From NCBI GenBank assembly GCA_026025075.1, contig JAPEUI010000003.1, positions 124,001 to 188,000 of the forward strand: 64,000 bases of DNA, written 5' to 3'. The notes under the pieces are model-generated. The model was given only the letters and a program-made list of their open reading frames with translations, was not told the DNA's origin and searched no databases. The first letter of the stretch is position 1. The number at the start of each line of letters is the position of its first letter. The stretch comes from Vezdaea acicularis. Lineage: Eukaryota. Position numbers and translations under genes: made by a program. Positions 23,401-36,626 of this stretch are shown here, one piece after another.

Positions 23401-25648
23401 TTAGCACCTCTCAAACACTCGATACAGACCTTTCAAGTTCGCTACTTCGATGACGCCTCTTAGCAATCCTTTAGTGGCAAGCAACCTTGCCTTGAAAGCC
23501 GGGAACAGAATGTTCTCGATAGCGCGCTCCAACTCTCGTCTCCTCTTCTCAACCTCTCTGACTTCCTCACTCGGCTCGACCGCCATCTCCGTGTCTTCAG
23601 TCACTCCCGCCTTCTGCTTCTCCGAAGGCGGCGGTGGAGGCAGCTGCTCCGGCACATAGAAAGCCGCCAGCTCCCTCAAGAAGGTGTGGAAGCAGACTTT
23701 CTCGTCCTTCCAGTCCACCTTCGGTCCGAGATTGAGCAAGAATCGCGGTAGCTTCGCCATAGAGGGTGCGTAGCCTTTCACCAGAAGAGGGATCGAGTGC
23801 AGCATACCGTCTTCGGTGATGTCGAGCGAGAAGTACTCGCTAAGCATCTCACGTCGTTCGAGGAGCTGATTATAGACCTTTGTGACTACATCATCCCAGT
23901 TTACTCCAGCAGCGCTTTGGCCGGCGACTTCGCGCTCAGCTTCAGTGCCTAGCTCGAGCAGCCGTTTCAGCTCTAAGGGCTGGTCGAACTTTATTCGCCC
24001 AAAGTTCAAAAAGTCGGTCAGGCCGACTTGGTAGAAATACTCATTGGCGAGCATACCGTAATCCACTAGGAAGAGCTTGACTCCGCCTTGGATGGCTGCG
24101 ATTCTTCTTGTGACATCGACGATTCCAACAAAGGTATGGCTGGCAATCGTTTCCGTCAAGCCAGCATGGACGCTGTCTCGCACTTCAGCACGAAGCTCGC
24201 GCACGGTTATGAGGCGGCAGTGTACTGGCTCGCGGTCGATGGTGATGTATTCAGTCTCCACGGCTGCAGTATCGTCCTTATCGACGAATGGGTCTGATGG
24301 GTCAGGATTAGAAGGGGGAAGCATCGAAGTGATCTTCCGCATCTTTGAATCTGTACGGATGAGGTTATTTTCATACGTTTTGGACGGTAGGCGTTGGTCA
24401 GGTGTACTAGCATTTCCACTCTGGCTGATGGTAGCAGCAGGAACGCGAGCGCCAGGGAGTATAGATTGTGTCATGAATATGCGACTCGTGTCAACCTGGG
24501 CAAGCTTTTCACTTATCTCGTCACAGATCTCTTGCACAATCTCATCCTCGTTGAGAAAGTGCACTTCGCGCTTGGTCGGATGGACGTTAACGTCTACGCG
24601 AACAGGATCGATGTTAAGGCTTAAGTATATAAAAGGGTGCCCGCCTTTAGGTAGAAATTGACTGTAAATCCGCTCAATGGCTTTCTTGATGACCGAGGAT
24701 TCGACAGCTCGGTGGTTGATGAACAGGAGGAATGCGGTACGCTTAACGTGGTAGTTCGCATTGCTGACCCAGCCATTTGCTTTGAAGCCGTAATCATCGT
24801 CTTGGACATCAAATTCAATAAGCTCGTTCGCAATGGTAGTTCCATGAATCTGTCGAATTCGATCGACAGTCGTAGCTTGCGTTGGTACTGATATACCTGT
24901 GGCAGAATCGCCATGCTTCTTGCAAGAAAAAGCTACCCCTGTACAGTGCACTGCGTAACGGCCCACTAGATCAAGAATCTTGGCGTACTCTTCAGAGCCT
25001 GATCTAAAAGCTCGCTTTCTTGTAGGCACATTGTAAAAAAGATCTTCAACTGTGATCTGGGTGCCTTGGCGTCCTGCAGTTGCTTTAGGATCTGCACTCT
25101 GTCCTGGCTTTGGCGGGGTAAGTTTGCCGCCAGAGTAGTGAGCCCTCCAAGCACAGCTCGATTCGTTCGTCCTTGTGGTGACAGTCAGATGAGCTATGTG
25201 GCTGATGCTTGCAAGTGCTTCTCCACGAAAACCATAAGTCCCAATAGATGTAAGGTCCTCAAAAGCTTTGAGTTTAGATGTTGTGAAACGTTCGCAGAGT
25301 ATTGGGAGGTCCTCTCTGTTTATGCCATGTCCGTTATCTGTGATTTGTAGGAGCTTGAGTCCCCCATCTTTTACCAATATCTCTAGTGAAGTTGACCCTG
25401 CATCGACAGCGTTTTCCAGGAGCTCCTTGAGAGCATGTACAGGCGCAACGATAATCTCTCCGGCAGCAATCTTGTTGACGACGTCTGCATCAAGCGCCTA
25501 TGGTGCTTGTTAGCGAAGGCTTAAGGCCTCAAGAGAAGTCGCTAACCTTGATCCTCCGTGGAAGATCGGATTCAGGCTCACCGGATTCTTCAGCTTTCCG
25601 TTTTATGCCTCTGGGGCCCTCCAGGTCGACATCCATTTCCGCCGCCAT
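23401..25648 (-). CDS. MLH1: DNA mismatch repair protein Mlh1; intron 25498-25546
   Basis: VVNKIAAGE, KELLENAVDAG, DNGHGI, GFRGEALAS, DVNVHPTKREV and the invariant C-terminal FERC*. Confidence 0.97.
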
Positions 25649-26178
25649 CGTGCTCTCAACCCAGCTAACTCAGCTCAGGCGGGATAAATGGGGACACAAT
25701 TCATCTGGACGGCCTGCTGCAAGTATATGCCTGCACGCTTCCCATGGAAAATATACTCATGGACTCTGAGAAAGTCGAGTTCTAAAAGTGATGTTCTCGG
25801 TACGATAGTCCGTCTGGAAGACTATTAAGTTTCCGTGGAGAAGCCTAGTCGGTTCACGCGTCTTAATGGCTGGAAACCCGCGATTGCTAAAGTGGTCTGT
25901 ATTACCTGCCGCATAGAAATTCAAGGATTCCTTCCTGGTCAAAGCTCCTTAGAAGTGAATGCGGTAGCTACTCAAACATTAAATTTTTGTCATTTGGGTC
26001 TTAGCTTAACATCTGAACCATCAATGTTCAATTCGTGACCCTCTGACTTGTCCTCTTGGCTCCCTGCCTGCGCGAAGAGCGGTGCTTTGCGTCAGTGCCA
26101 ATGCGACCTAGCGAATGCAGGACTGCTCGACGACGAACGCTTTAGGGGCGGGGGCTTCGAAGCCCGTAGGGAGAAGAA

Positions 26179-28499
26179 ATGGCTCCTGTGGGTCGCTGGA
26201 AAATAGGAGACGAAGAGCTAGGAAAGAAAGACGATGATCACAGGTACCGGGGCAAGCTCGGCGGAGGTATACCTCCAGGGCCAGATTTACGGGGAGTCTT
26301 TCGCCCGCGGCGGAAACGTATAATACAAGTAGTCATCGGACTTTTCTTACTATATCTCTTCATCAAGAATATGCCTGAGAGGCAGTCGGGCTTAACTGAG
26401 ATTGATGAAGGGATGCAATTGCCAGACCAGCAGCCTTCAGGGCATGCACTGCAGGAGAACTCGAAGTCTCAGGAACCTTTTTCTGCGGGGCAACCGCCGC
26501 ATTCTCCAGAAGATGATGTCGATGCAGGGAAACATTACTACAATGGCCTTATCAGGTTTCAAAGACTAGCTATTTCTCTACAACAAGCTGCAAGGTTCAA
26601 TGGTAACCATCCTGTGAACAAGAACATTGTGTTCGCTGCAGCAAGTATCAAGAGCATATCGAATCTCTTGCCGATGGCATGCGAGATGGCAAGGTGGAGA
26701 AGGAATTATGTTCACTTCCTTTTGACTGGACGCGAGGAGTTGTCGATAGAGAAAATATTGCAGATCAATGGGATTGGGGATGAGTGCCGAATAACTTGGC
26801 ATGGTCAGTTACATGGGTCTACAAATGCAGGAGTCTATTGACGATTCAACAGATGGGCGTCCTGATTACGCCCCATATAGCAGTAACTTCAGGATGGAAG
26901 TTAGCTCGACCTCTGCGTTTGATCATGTAGCGAGTCTCATAAGTCCCCAAGCTTTCATCGTGGATAACGCTGCTATAGAAGAGTCATACATGCTGAAAGC
27001 TGTTCGTGGGGTAGCGCGAGAAAAGGGAAAGGCGCTTGTTGAACTGCCGTTTAATGCGAATGAAGGGTTGAAGTGGATTACGAGGTTGGACAGTGGTTCG
27101 CTAAGCTGTAAGTTACCCGCCGTATATCAAATTTCCGACATCCTGACGATGTATGAAAGCGTGGAACAGTGCTTCTGTTGAGATCCTCGTCCAGGCCCCA
27201 GCTGAATCGTCAGGCTCCCTGCTGCGGTTGTTGAGATCTCTACAGCAAGCCGATTATTTTTCAAGCGCTCCTCCTCGCCTTACGATTGAGCTGCCCAATA
27301 AGATCGACAAGCCTCTACAGGAATATTTGTACTGGCTTAAATGGCCCCCTCCAACTTCTCAACAGGACTCTGGCGACTACCAAAGCCTTCTCACTTTACG
27401 CCACCGTATTCCAGATCATGCTTCAAACCCAGTTGAAGCATCAACCCGCCTCCTTGAATCCTTTTATCCAGCCAATCCGCATTCTTCCCACGTCCTTCTG
27501 CTCTCACCTCAAGTAGAGCTCTCGCCACTTTGGTACCATTATGTCAAATACTCTCTTCTTGAATACAAATACTCTCATTACGGCCATGAAGACACAGCTA
27601 ACCTCCTTGGCCTCTCCTTCAGCATTCCTGATACCTACTTAGACCATGTCACACCCTTCAAGCCGCCTCTCGTCGATGTAGCCCTGGGAGCTGATTCTCC
27701 ACCAGAGAATGGGACTGGATCGCCTACTAATTTCTTATGGCAAGCGCCGAACAGCAATGCCGCTCTCTACTTTGGTGACAAGTGGAAAGAGTTTCACTCT
27801 TTCTTGACTCATCGCCTTTCCTCATCTCCACTAACCGAGCACAAAAAGCTCATCAGCAAAGCAGAGCCAGCCTGGATGGAGTACCTTCTAGAGATGGCAT
27901 CTGCCCGCGGCTATTTCATGATATACCCCACTTTTGCAGAAGGTCATGGAATCGTGACAGTCCACCATGAATTGTATCGCGCGCCCGAGGAATGGTCGCA
28001 GGAACCAAAAGCAGAGAAAGAGGCAGGCGTTGACGAACGGCTAGATTTCACGGATAGCCCAGCAGCCCACAAAAAACATATTGAGCCGAAGCTCGGGACC
28101 ACTTCTTCGCTGTTATCGCTCCTTCCCGACGATGGCGATCTCCCCGAAGTCCCCATGCTCCCAATTCTATCTACATCTGGAGAGCGTCTGTCGTTTCATA
28201 CCCTCGAAGAACGAACAGAAAAGTACGCCAAGGCATTTCGGGAGGAGATCGGAGGCTGCACAAGTAACATGAATATTCCAGGACGCCAGTTTGAGGGAGC
28301 AAGCGATCTTTTTTGTGATGGGGACGAAGCGGATTACGAGGTAATTGTGCCCGTTCCTAAGGCGAAGCCGACAAAGCCGGAACTTGTGTCTTCGAGGTTG
28401 GAGAATCTAGACGCCATGGGCAAAAGGAATAATACCACTGTGGATGTTCCCAAACCGGCGCCGAAGGGAGGAGAATATGTACCAATAGGATTGTTCTGA
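26179..28499 (+). CDS. Type II membrane protein of the uncharacterised fungal 'glycosyltransferase 2'-like family, 3 exons
   Basis: N-terminal DEELGKKDDD, basic stretch plus single TM (IIQVVIGLFLLYLFI), then WHDGRPDY, GSLLRLLRSLQQADY, ESFYP and LLLSPQVELSP. Family assignment is from recall and activity is unproven. Confidence 0.65.
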
Positions 28500-28860
28500 A
28501 GTTTGGTTCTGGCGTCCTCGACGGGATTCGAGCTGGCGTTAGTACACAAAGACTTGCTTGTAGAGTATAAGGAATGGCATATGACTGTAATATCCCAAAG
28601 ACAATGCATCTGAAAATACCAACCGCGCTATATGTTCGATCACCTAATGCAAAGGCAATCACAAGGAAGCTTGACGTTCTTCACAGAGTTTCCGAACCAT
28701 CCGGTGACTACTTGGGGAAGAGAATAGAGTCTTCATGATCGCTTGCATTAATTACAGAGTATGCTTTATCGCAGATGCAATGTTCTATAGACTTTGACCC
28801 GTGAGCGTTTTCGCCCATACCTCCTCAAATCCCACCCGGTCCGATGATCACAACAGTCGT

Positions 28861-31715
28861 CTATTCCTGCCAGGCAGGATTCTGGCAAAAGGTTAGCACT
28901 GCTTCATCGCCTAGCAGTGAGTTGCACTTACCTTGCGTAGAATGACCAGTCCCTCTAGAGTGTTCGTAAGACTCAAGTACTTCTCATCCTCCAGCTCTGC
29001 CCTCTCGCCATAAGCCAGCAGTACTGGCGTACTTTGCGTTTGCCAGCCAGTTATCGTCTTAGGTCGGCCTGCTTGGCCTACTACATCGACCGCTTGCCCA
29101 ACTCTAACGTTGACCGTCAATGGTTTTAGGTCTTCGTCTAAAGTGACAACAAAGCGAGGGAACATGGCCGTGACGAGGAAGTAGAGGAGGTAGTGAGAAT
29201 CGCCAAGAATGAACTGTTTGGCGTCAATGAGAGAGACCAGCACAGTAAGGAGACCTGCTGTCGCAACTTGTGAAAGGACTTGGCGGTCGGTGTGGAAGGG
29301 ATTGATGGAGAGAGTGCCTTTGCCCATATGCAACAGGCCTTGAGCGATGCGGACCATGAACAGCGAGTGCTGGTTGTGGTGGTAGTAGCTTGCCAATTGT
29401 CTAAGAAGCTGCGCAAGACGGGCATTGTTTGTTCCCGCGCCGAGAAGTCCCATTGCGAATATGGCATTAACGGCGACCTCATTGTCGTTATCATGACTGT
29501 ATCTTGAAAGAGTATCGTAAACTTTCATTTGAGGGTTGCTGGGGCTTATGAGACCCATAGCCAGCGGTACCGCTTTCCGGATATTTGGCTCGCCGTAATG
29601 CATAAGGTGACCAAATGTTCGTAGTACCATCTCCTGGCCGACGTCCTCGCCCATAGCAACAAGGCCAAGGCCGATTACAGCATATGTCTGAAGTAATTCG
29701 TCCCCCTTTTTATCTTCGCTGTCTTCGATGTGGTCATTGCAGATATGCAAGAGCTCTTGAAGCTTGAGAACAGTGCCTGTACCTGCCCATGCGCAAACTT
29801 CACATAGTACTGAACTTGGTTTCGACATTGGGTGATCGATTGCTTTGAGAGTCTCCAGAATCACGTCGACTTCTTCCTGCCGCCCAAAGAATAGTAGCGC
29901 TAGACCTAGGGCCATAAATCGGGTCCACTTGTCCTTCAGTTGGTCCTTCCGATCGTCATCTAGGAAAGTCTGCACAATGGCTTCGCTAACGTCACTGCTA
30001 GCAGAGCCTACGAATATAAAGCCTAGTGATAAAGCCGCCATCGCAGAGAGCTCCATCTCTAGGCTCGTGTCGGTGACGATAGGGAGGAGCAGTTCCAGCA
30101 TCCGTTCTTTGTTTGATCCTGCGTAGGCCAGGCCAAGACCCATGATTGCCGCAACCCTGATGGACTTGCTCTTGCTCTTAAGGACGTCTTCTTCACCGAT
30201 GACTGCCTGCGCAATATCCGACTCTCCCAAGATGCCAGAGTTGTTGATCCCAATCGCAAGATAAGCGCCAGCTTTAATATCCTCCTCCTTAGCTTCGGTG
30301 TATCGATCCAGCTTTTCGATACCAGCCTCTACATCCCACTGCATGAGCATCCCCATTGATGCAGCTGTGGACATCATCCCAGAGCCCTTTGTCTTCCATA
30401 TCCAGCTGTTTTTCTCATCTTCACCGAGGACCATTTTATCACTTCCGAAGCCAGCGTTGACGAATGCATTGACAAAAGCACTTGCTAGGTTGTGCCGCGC
30501 CGAATCTAGATTCGTGTGCCCTGCCACCCTATTACTTTCAAGATGTGTCTTGTAGATGTCCTCGGTCGTCTTCGGATCAAGTATATTCAGTTCCTTGGCC
30601 AGGAACTTGAAATGCTCTGGAAGGTCCTCGTTCGTAAGCGCACTTGGCTCACATATTTGGTCTAGACCATGCTCCTGTAATTGCTCCTCGGTGACATCTG
30701 GTAGCCATATCTTTTGCCGCGCTATTAGGAAAGCCATCTGATTTCGAATTGATTTGTCTTTGCAAGATAAAAGGTCGTTTTGAATGAGTTCAAGATCATT
30801 CAGCCTTATGGCCAGTACCATAGCTTGTGTAGGCTGGTTGTATTGCTTGTAGACTTCGTGTGCAGTTCGGAGGAATTGTTGGTCTTCAGGATATGTAAGA
30901 AGATTTACCATACTATAAACCGGTTAGAAGGAGGGTTCCCTATAGAGGAGCTGTACTGCCAAAGATTCATACCTAACCATGTACAAGCAGACCCGCTGAT
31001 ACGTGTTCTCATCTAAGAATTTCGGAAGCTCTTCTATCATCTCCATTTCGCTCAGAATGTCGACAGCGTCCGCCTCTGCATTATGGCTAAGGAAGAAGGG
31101 TACGAGCTCCAGAGTGAGATCGATAAGATCCTTCACTTCTTTGTCATCAGTAACTCGCTTTTGGTATTCTTGCCCGATCTCTAGCGCCAGATGCCGCACA
31201 TATTCGTGCCCCCACGATCCTAGGTCCTCGGAGGGCGCAAGTAGACGGTACTTTAATGAGTCCAGCCGGTCTTCATCTGAGTATGTCATGCCCAAAACAG
31301 AGAGTACATCCGCAAGAGCATACTTGTCTGAGCCCTTTGGCCAAGCATCATATGCCTTAGTCAACCCTTCATAATGCGGTCTTAAGAACTTGAGAGGTTT
31401 GGGTACGGCAGTCATAGACGAGGTCGAAGTTTTTATGAAGTCCTTGATCTGTTCTATTGCTGGCTTGTATAGGGTCTTATCATCCGCCAGTAACCGCTCC
31501 GCCAGCATATCCAGATCGCTTTTGAGCTGTTGGTCCTCCTCATTGAGCTCCTCTTCCTTAGGCTCCTCATCCTTCTTACCGTTGATAATCGGTAGTGTTT
31601 TGCCGTCCTTATCCTTTTTTACCTCTTCAGGCTTCTTGGCATCCTTTCCAGCCGAGTCAACAGCCTTTCCTTTGCCCTTGTCAGCCGCTGATGGCTTCTC
31701 CCCTTCTTTCGCCAT
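28861..31715 (-). CDS. RPN1: 26S proteasome regulatory subunit Rpn1, 3 exons
   Basis: STSSMTAVPKPLKFLRPHY, WGHEYVRHL, PC repeats, VRVGQAVDVVGQAGRPKTITGWQTQSTPVLL; short last exon NPAWQE*. Confidence 0.96.
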
Positions 31716-32115
31716 CTTAAGGCTTGTGGATCCTAGGCTCGATCAAACAAGGGCGCAAGCGGAGTTTTATGTTGTGGGAATAAGGGCAAAGACTACCAAA
31801 AGCTTCAAATTGACGTAACGTTTGAGGGTGCCGAATGCAGAGAGCGAGATGGCAGAGTAGTGCGGTTGTATGCAGATGTTGATAGACGCATCCACGAATC
31901 GTCAAGCTGCCTGACTTTCTCAGCAGCATGAGTGTCTTTAGAGGTTGCCGTATCAATAGGGTTCGCGAAGTGTACGCAAGCGCGTGTTTGAGTTATTTGC
32001 ATGCGATTGCCGAAATATTTCTACGGAAAGTTAACGTATCATAGAAATTTATAGCTTCGACCCTGAACTCACAACTACAAGAGCTTCGGTGCATTGCACC
32101 TCCCCTACACAAGAA

Positions 32116-33569
32116 ATGAAGCTCGACACACGCGCAATGCGCTACCTCACCTCGGACGACTGGCGCGTTCTCCAAGCTGTACGTATTCCCTCCATGTATT
32201 CCCTCCAACAACGCCAAGCCCTACATTCACCCCGCTATCATATACTTGCAGACTGACTCCCCCCAATTAGGTTGAACAAGGCACCCACAACCACGAACTC
32301 GTACCCACGCCCCTCATATCCAAGTTGTCACACCTGCACTCCCCCTCCGCCGTCGCAAAAAGCATCTCCACCCTCGCCAAAGCAAACCTAATCTCACGCC
32401 TCAAGAACGCCTCCTATGATGGCTACCGCCTCACCTACGGCGGGCTCGACTACCTTGCCCTGCACCAGCACCAAAAGAAAGGTGTCATATACAGCGTCGG
32501 GAACCAGATCGGTATCGGGAAGGAAAGCGACATCATCGTCGTCGCATCCCCTCCTTGCCCAGGCAAGCCCAGCCAGCAGCTCGTGCTCAAGATTCACCGC
32601 CTAGGCCGGATCAGCTTCCGCACCGTGAAGGCCAACAGGGATTACTTAAAGCGCAATAAGGGAGGTAGTTGGATGTACATGTCGCGCCTGGCGGCGCAAA
32701 AGGAGTATGCTTTCATGGAGGTGCTGCATAAGAACGGGTTCGTGGTGCCAAGGCCTGTAGCGCAGAGCAGGCATACGGTTGTGATGGAGCTGGTGGATGC
32801 GTTCCCGCTACGGCAGATTAGGGACGTGCCGGATCAGGCGGGGCTGTATGAAGAGTTGATTGAGATGGTTCTGCGCTTGGCGAGGTATGGGTTGATTCAT
32901 GGGGATTTTAATGAGTTCAATATCTTAGTCAGGGAGGAAGAGGGAACGGGTGTGGTGACCGAGAACGAGAGGGAGGACGAGCCAACACCCAAGAATGCTG
33001 GTGGAGAGAAGGACACGGGAGACGCCCAGCAAGACAAGCAGATTACCCAAGACAAACTAGGAAACGACACACTTCCCGACCACCCTCTCCCCTCATCCAC
33101 CCCACTGCAACCCCCGCCAAGAAAACTAACCCCCGTCCTAATCGACTTCCCACAAACCCTCTCCATCGACCACCCCAACGCGTCAGACTACTTCGACCGC
33201 GACATCAACTGCATCAAGACCTTCTTCTCGCGACGCTTCCACTTCACCAGTTCCGTGCCCGGCCCATTCTTCGCCGACGCAAAGAAACTCGCCGGGAGCG
33301 GTGGCACGAAGAGGTTAGACGTCGAGGTGGAGGCCACGGGCTTCTCGAGGAAGATGGCGAAGGAGCTGGAGAAGTATATGAAGGATGTTGGGGTGGATGG
33401 GGATGCTGGGGGTGGAGTGGAACATGGTGGTGATGAAGAAGAGGAGGAGAACGACGAAAATGAAGAGACGGTGGACGGGGATGAAATTGCTGAAGCCGAG
33501 GCAGACGTTCATGCTAGTGCTCCTGTCGCATCTTTGAAGATGTCTAGTCTCTCAATAGAACACGGTTAG
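32116..33569 (+). CDS. RIO2: Atypical protein kinase Rio2 (40S maturation); intron ~32179-32270
   Basis: MKLDTRAMRYLTSDDWRVLQA|VEQGTHNHELVP winged helix, GYRLTYGGLDYLAL, IGIGKESDI, HRLGRISF, IHGDFNEFN and IDFPQ. Confidence 0.95.
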
Positions 33570-34253
33570 AGGGGAGCGTGTCCCATGAACTTCCCAGTAC
33601 ATGCAGGTATCGAAGCCCAAAACATAGTAAAAGACACATCCAAGCTTCAAAAAGTTTGGCGTTAACACTTCCAGAGCGATGGCTGAGGCAGCCCTTGCGC
33701 GACAGCAACATCTAATAATCACAGAACACATTAAGCTCACGATACTGCTTCACAAGAAATCCATTAATCTAATCTACATCTGACTATTGCCTACCAACGA
33801 AAATCTGCCTTTTGAATAGAAATTATCAGCCTGTAACGCTGTAGGAAGACGTAGTTACAGGATATCAGAGCGATATCATATGATGAGCTTGTACAAATGT
33901 CGATTGTGGATTGGCCCTTACAGAAATTGAGAGGAAGAGAGAAACCACATCGATAGAAGAGACTAATGTCGTGAAAGAATAGAAATGCAAGTCGCTCTCG
34001 ACGAACTGTAAAGTCATTGACCAGGAGGACAACAAAGGGAGCTTGCTAAAAGAGACCAGGAGTTGGGAGATGCGTGTAGGCATAAGATGATCCGCCAAAC
34101 CGAAGAACCTACTAGCCTGCCATTTTGAAGGATGCAATGCTCTGATAGTCCGGGAAAAGTCGAAAGGCGAACGGTTGACGAGACGATATGGGAAAAGTTG
34201 CCAAATCTTGTGTCGAAGCCGCCAAGCATTACCTGGCAGCAGTAAGTGGTCGC

Positions 34254-36626
34254 TTAAGTCTCGAAGCTGTGGTCGGAACTGTCGGAATGAGCTGCCTCAC
34301 TGAGAGGGGTAGCCTGTAGCCTGATACCATGTTTAAGGTTGTCCCCCGAGGCTTTGATATCGCTGGTTCCGGTAGCTCTATAATAAGCACGTTCAGTAAA
34401 TGGATCATTAAGCCAGCTATTGCCATGAAGGAAAGGACGTTCAAGGCGCCGTCTCAAAGCTCTACGATCAAGGAGAGACGGTCGGTCTTGAACATCCGAA
34501 GAGGGAACTAAGCCATTGCGAATGAAACGAGAAGCACCAGCGTACTCAGTCTTTGTGCCTATCGGACTCTGAGACTTTTCTTCGGCTTCAGTAGCCCTCT
34601 CTGGGGTAAACCGATCAAAGTTTGGAGCACTGACGATCGTTAATGGTGACCGAGTAAAGGTGGACCTAATAAACTTACCGGACAGGTAGCGAACGGAGAC
34701 TAATCCGAGGACGCGTTGAGGGCGCACTCTGAAAGCCTCGCGACGTGACAAACTGTACCGGACTGACCAGGGGGCTGACAGTATTCCAGGGGATTATTCG
34801 GGTGGGGCTAGCGATTGAAGCTGGGTTATATTCGCTCGCACGGTGCAAACGTTTGGTAGCCGCGTCCTGTTTCAGCGCTTTCTGGTCCGGGGTGTCAGAA
34901 TAACGGACTTGGAGGATCTGCCCTTTCTCTCCAAGAGGTTGGCCGTTATAGTTCTTGATTATTTCTTCACAAACGTCGCGATTCGCAAATCTAGGTAAGA
35001 CATTAGCTTGCTGTTAAAACCATACTGGAGTCAGCCAATCTTGGGATACCGAGCAAATCCAACGCCACGACTGTTGCCATTCTCGTCTCGAAGGATTCGA
35101 CTAGACAGCACAATATAGTTGACAAAGAGTTCTTGGATATTCTAAGCCAGACTATGAGCATATGGTTTTTAAACTCGCTGTGAAATACCTTACCTCCTCA
35201 TCGATATCAAGGCGGAGCCCAGAGAGGTATAGGTTCGTAGATTCCTGATCACCTAGTGTTTTCAGACGAGCGTTGAAAGATTCCTAATCAGGTCACAATG
35301 AGGGTAGGCTTTCAGCACCCAGTGAAGTTGCAACATACCTTGGCAAAGCTAACTTCATAACCATGGTGATGGAGCGCACGGATACAATGCTCAGCTTCAT
35401 CGATAGTATAGAAGCGAGCGAATGCATAGCTATTATCATGTTAGATACTCCGAGTGCTATGAGCTGACTGCATGGAGTACTCACCCTTTACAGAGCTTTG
35501 TGGTAGTATCTACAATGGCCTTGGATGAGTGAACGTTGCCGAATCTCTGAGCCCAGGCATGGATCATGTCATCGGTAGTGTGAATGCCGACTCCACGAAT
35601 GTACACATTTGAATGGTCTAAGGGGTTGTGAAGACTCTCTTCGAGACTGATTGGTGCCAAACCTTGCGTCTGGAGAGGGCCGGGGATGATGGGATCTTGC
35701 AATAGAATCTCCTCGAGCTTTTTGACTGTAAATCTTTCATCGTCTGAAGACGTTTGAGGCTTGGTGAGACCTTTCTCTAAGTTTGCCGTCGGAGTAGGGG
35801 TGCCGAGGTAACTTGGAGTTCCAACGACGGTTAGAAACGAGTTAGTCTGGCCTGCCGAGTTCGGAGTACGGGGAGAAATTGAGGACGCGCGGTCACCGGT
35901 TACCCAAGAGCCTGCAGATGTACGACGGTTCTCTCCACCGAGCATTGATGGCGGTGTAGCACCCCCTTGGGAGGATTCATATGCATATTCCTGCACGTGA
36001 GGAGCCTGGTATACTTGCTGGAGGACTGGTTGATAGCCATAGTGGCCAGCAGTACCGTATGGCGCAAGGAATTGGGTTGTCTGAGGAGGGTAATACTGAG
36101 CAGAGACAGGCCCGTAATTGAGGTGCTTAGGCTGAGTGAGGACGTTTGGAGCTGCGGCATACCCGATGAATTTATTATTGACGATATCGACCAGTGCAAC
36201 CTGGCCGGGTATTTGCTGCCCGTGAACTGGGGTGTTAGGGACACTGAGTGGACCGAGATACCCGTTCGGAAGGGTGCTGAGGGTGCGATGTGGGGTATTA
36301 TAGGGAACCTTCAACCCTCCATTTTCTTGTTCATTGACAGTCAAGTGAGTAAACTGAGGATGAAGCATGTCAACGTTGACATTCTCATTATACCCTTGCG
36401 CAGCTTGCTGAGCGATGAAGGCCATGTTAGAGCCGAGATGAGGGCTGCCATCCAACGCGGTGGTTTCGTAGTTTCCGTAGCCTCTGGGAGCAGTTGCATA
36501 TTGGATCGAGGACGGCATAGGGTTGTACATATTTTCAGTCCCAGCGCTGCCTTGCACAGGACCAGATCTACGGGTAGGACTGTTGAGGGTTGGTTTGCGG
36601 TCTACCGGGTATTCTGTCTTCAACAT
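34254..36626 (-). CDS. Two-RRM RNA-binding protein, Spo5/Rim4/MSSP(RBMS)-like, ~6 coding exons
   Basis: RRM1 NVYIRG...SSKAIVD..TKLCKG|YAFARF, linker SFAK|ESFNARLK, RRM2 TNLYLSGL...SRILRDENGNSRGVGFAR|F...LQVRYSDT. The exons are joined by canonical introns; start and last exon are less certain. Confidence 0.8.

Noticed and set aside
31716..32115. Rpn4/PACE site upstream of RPN1
   Set aside because: No GGTGGCAAA match seen.
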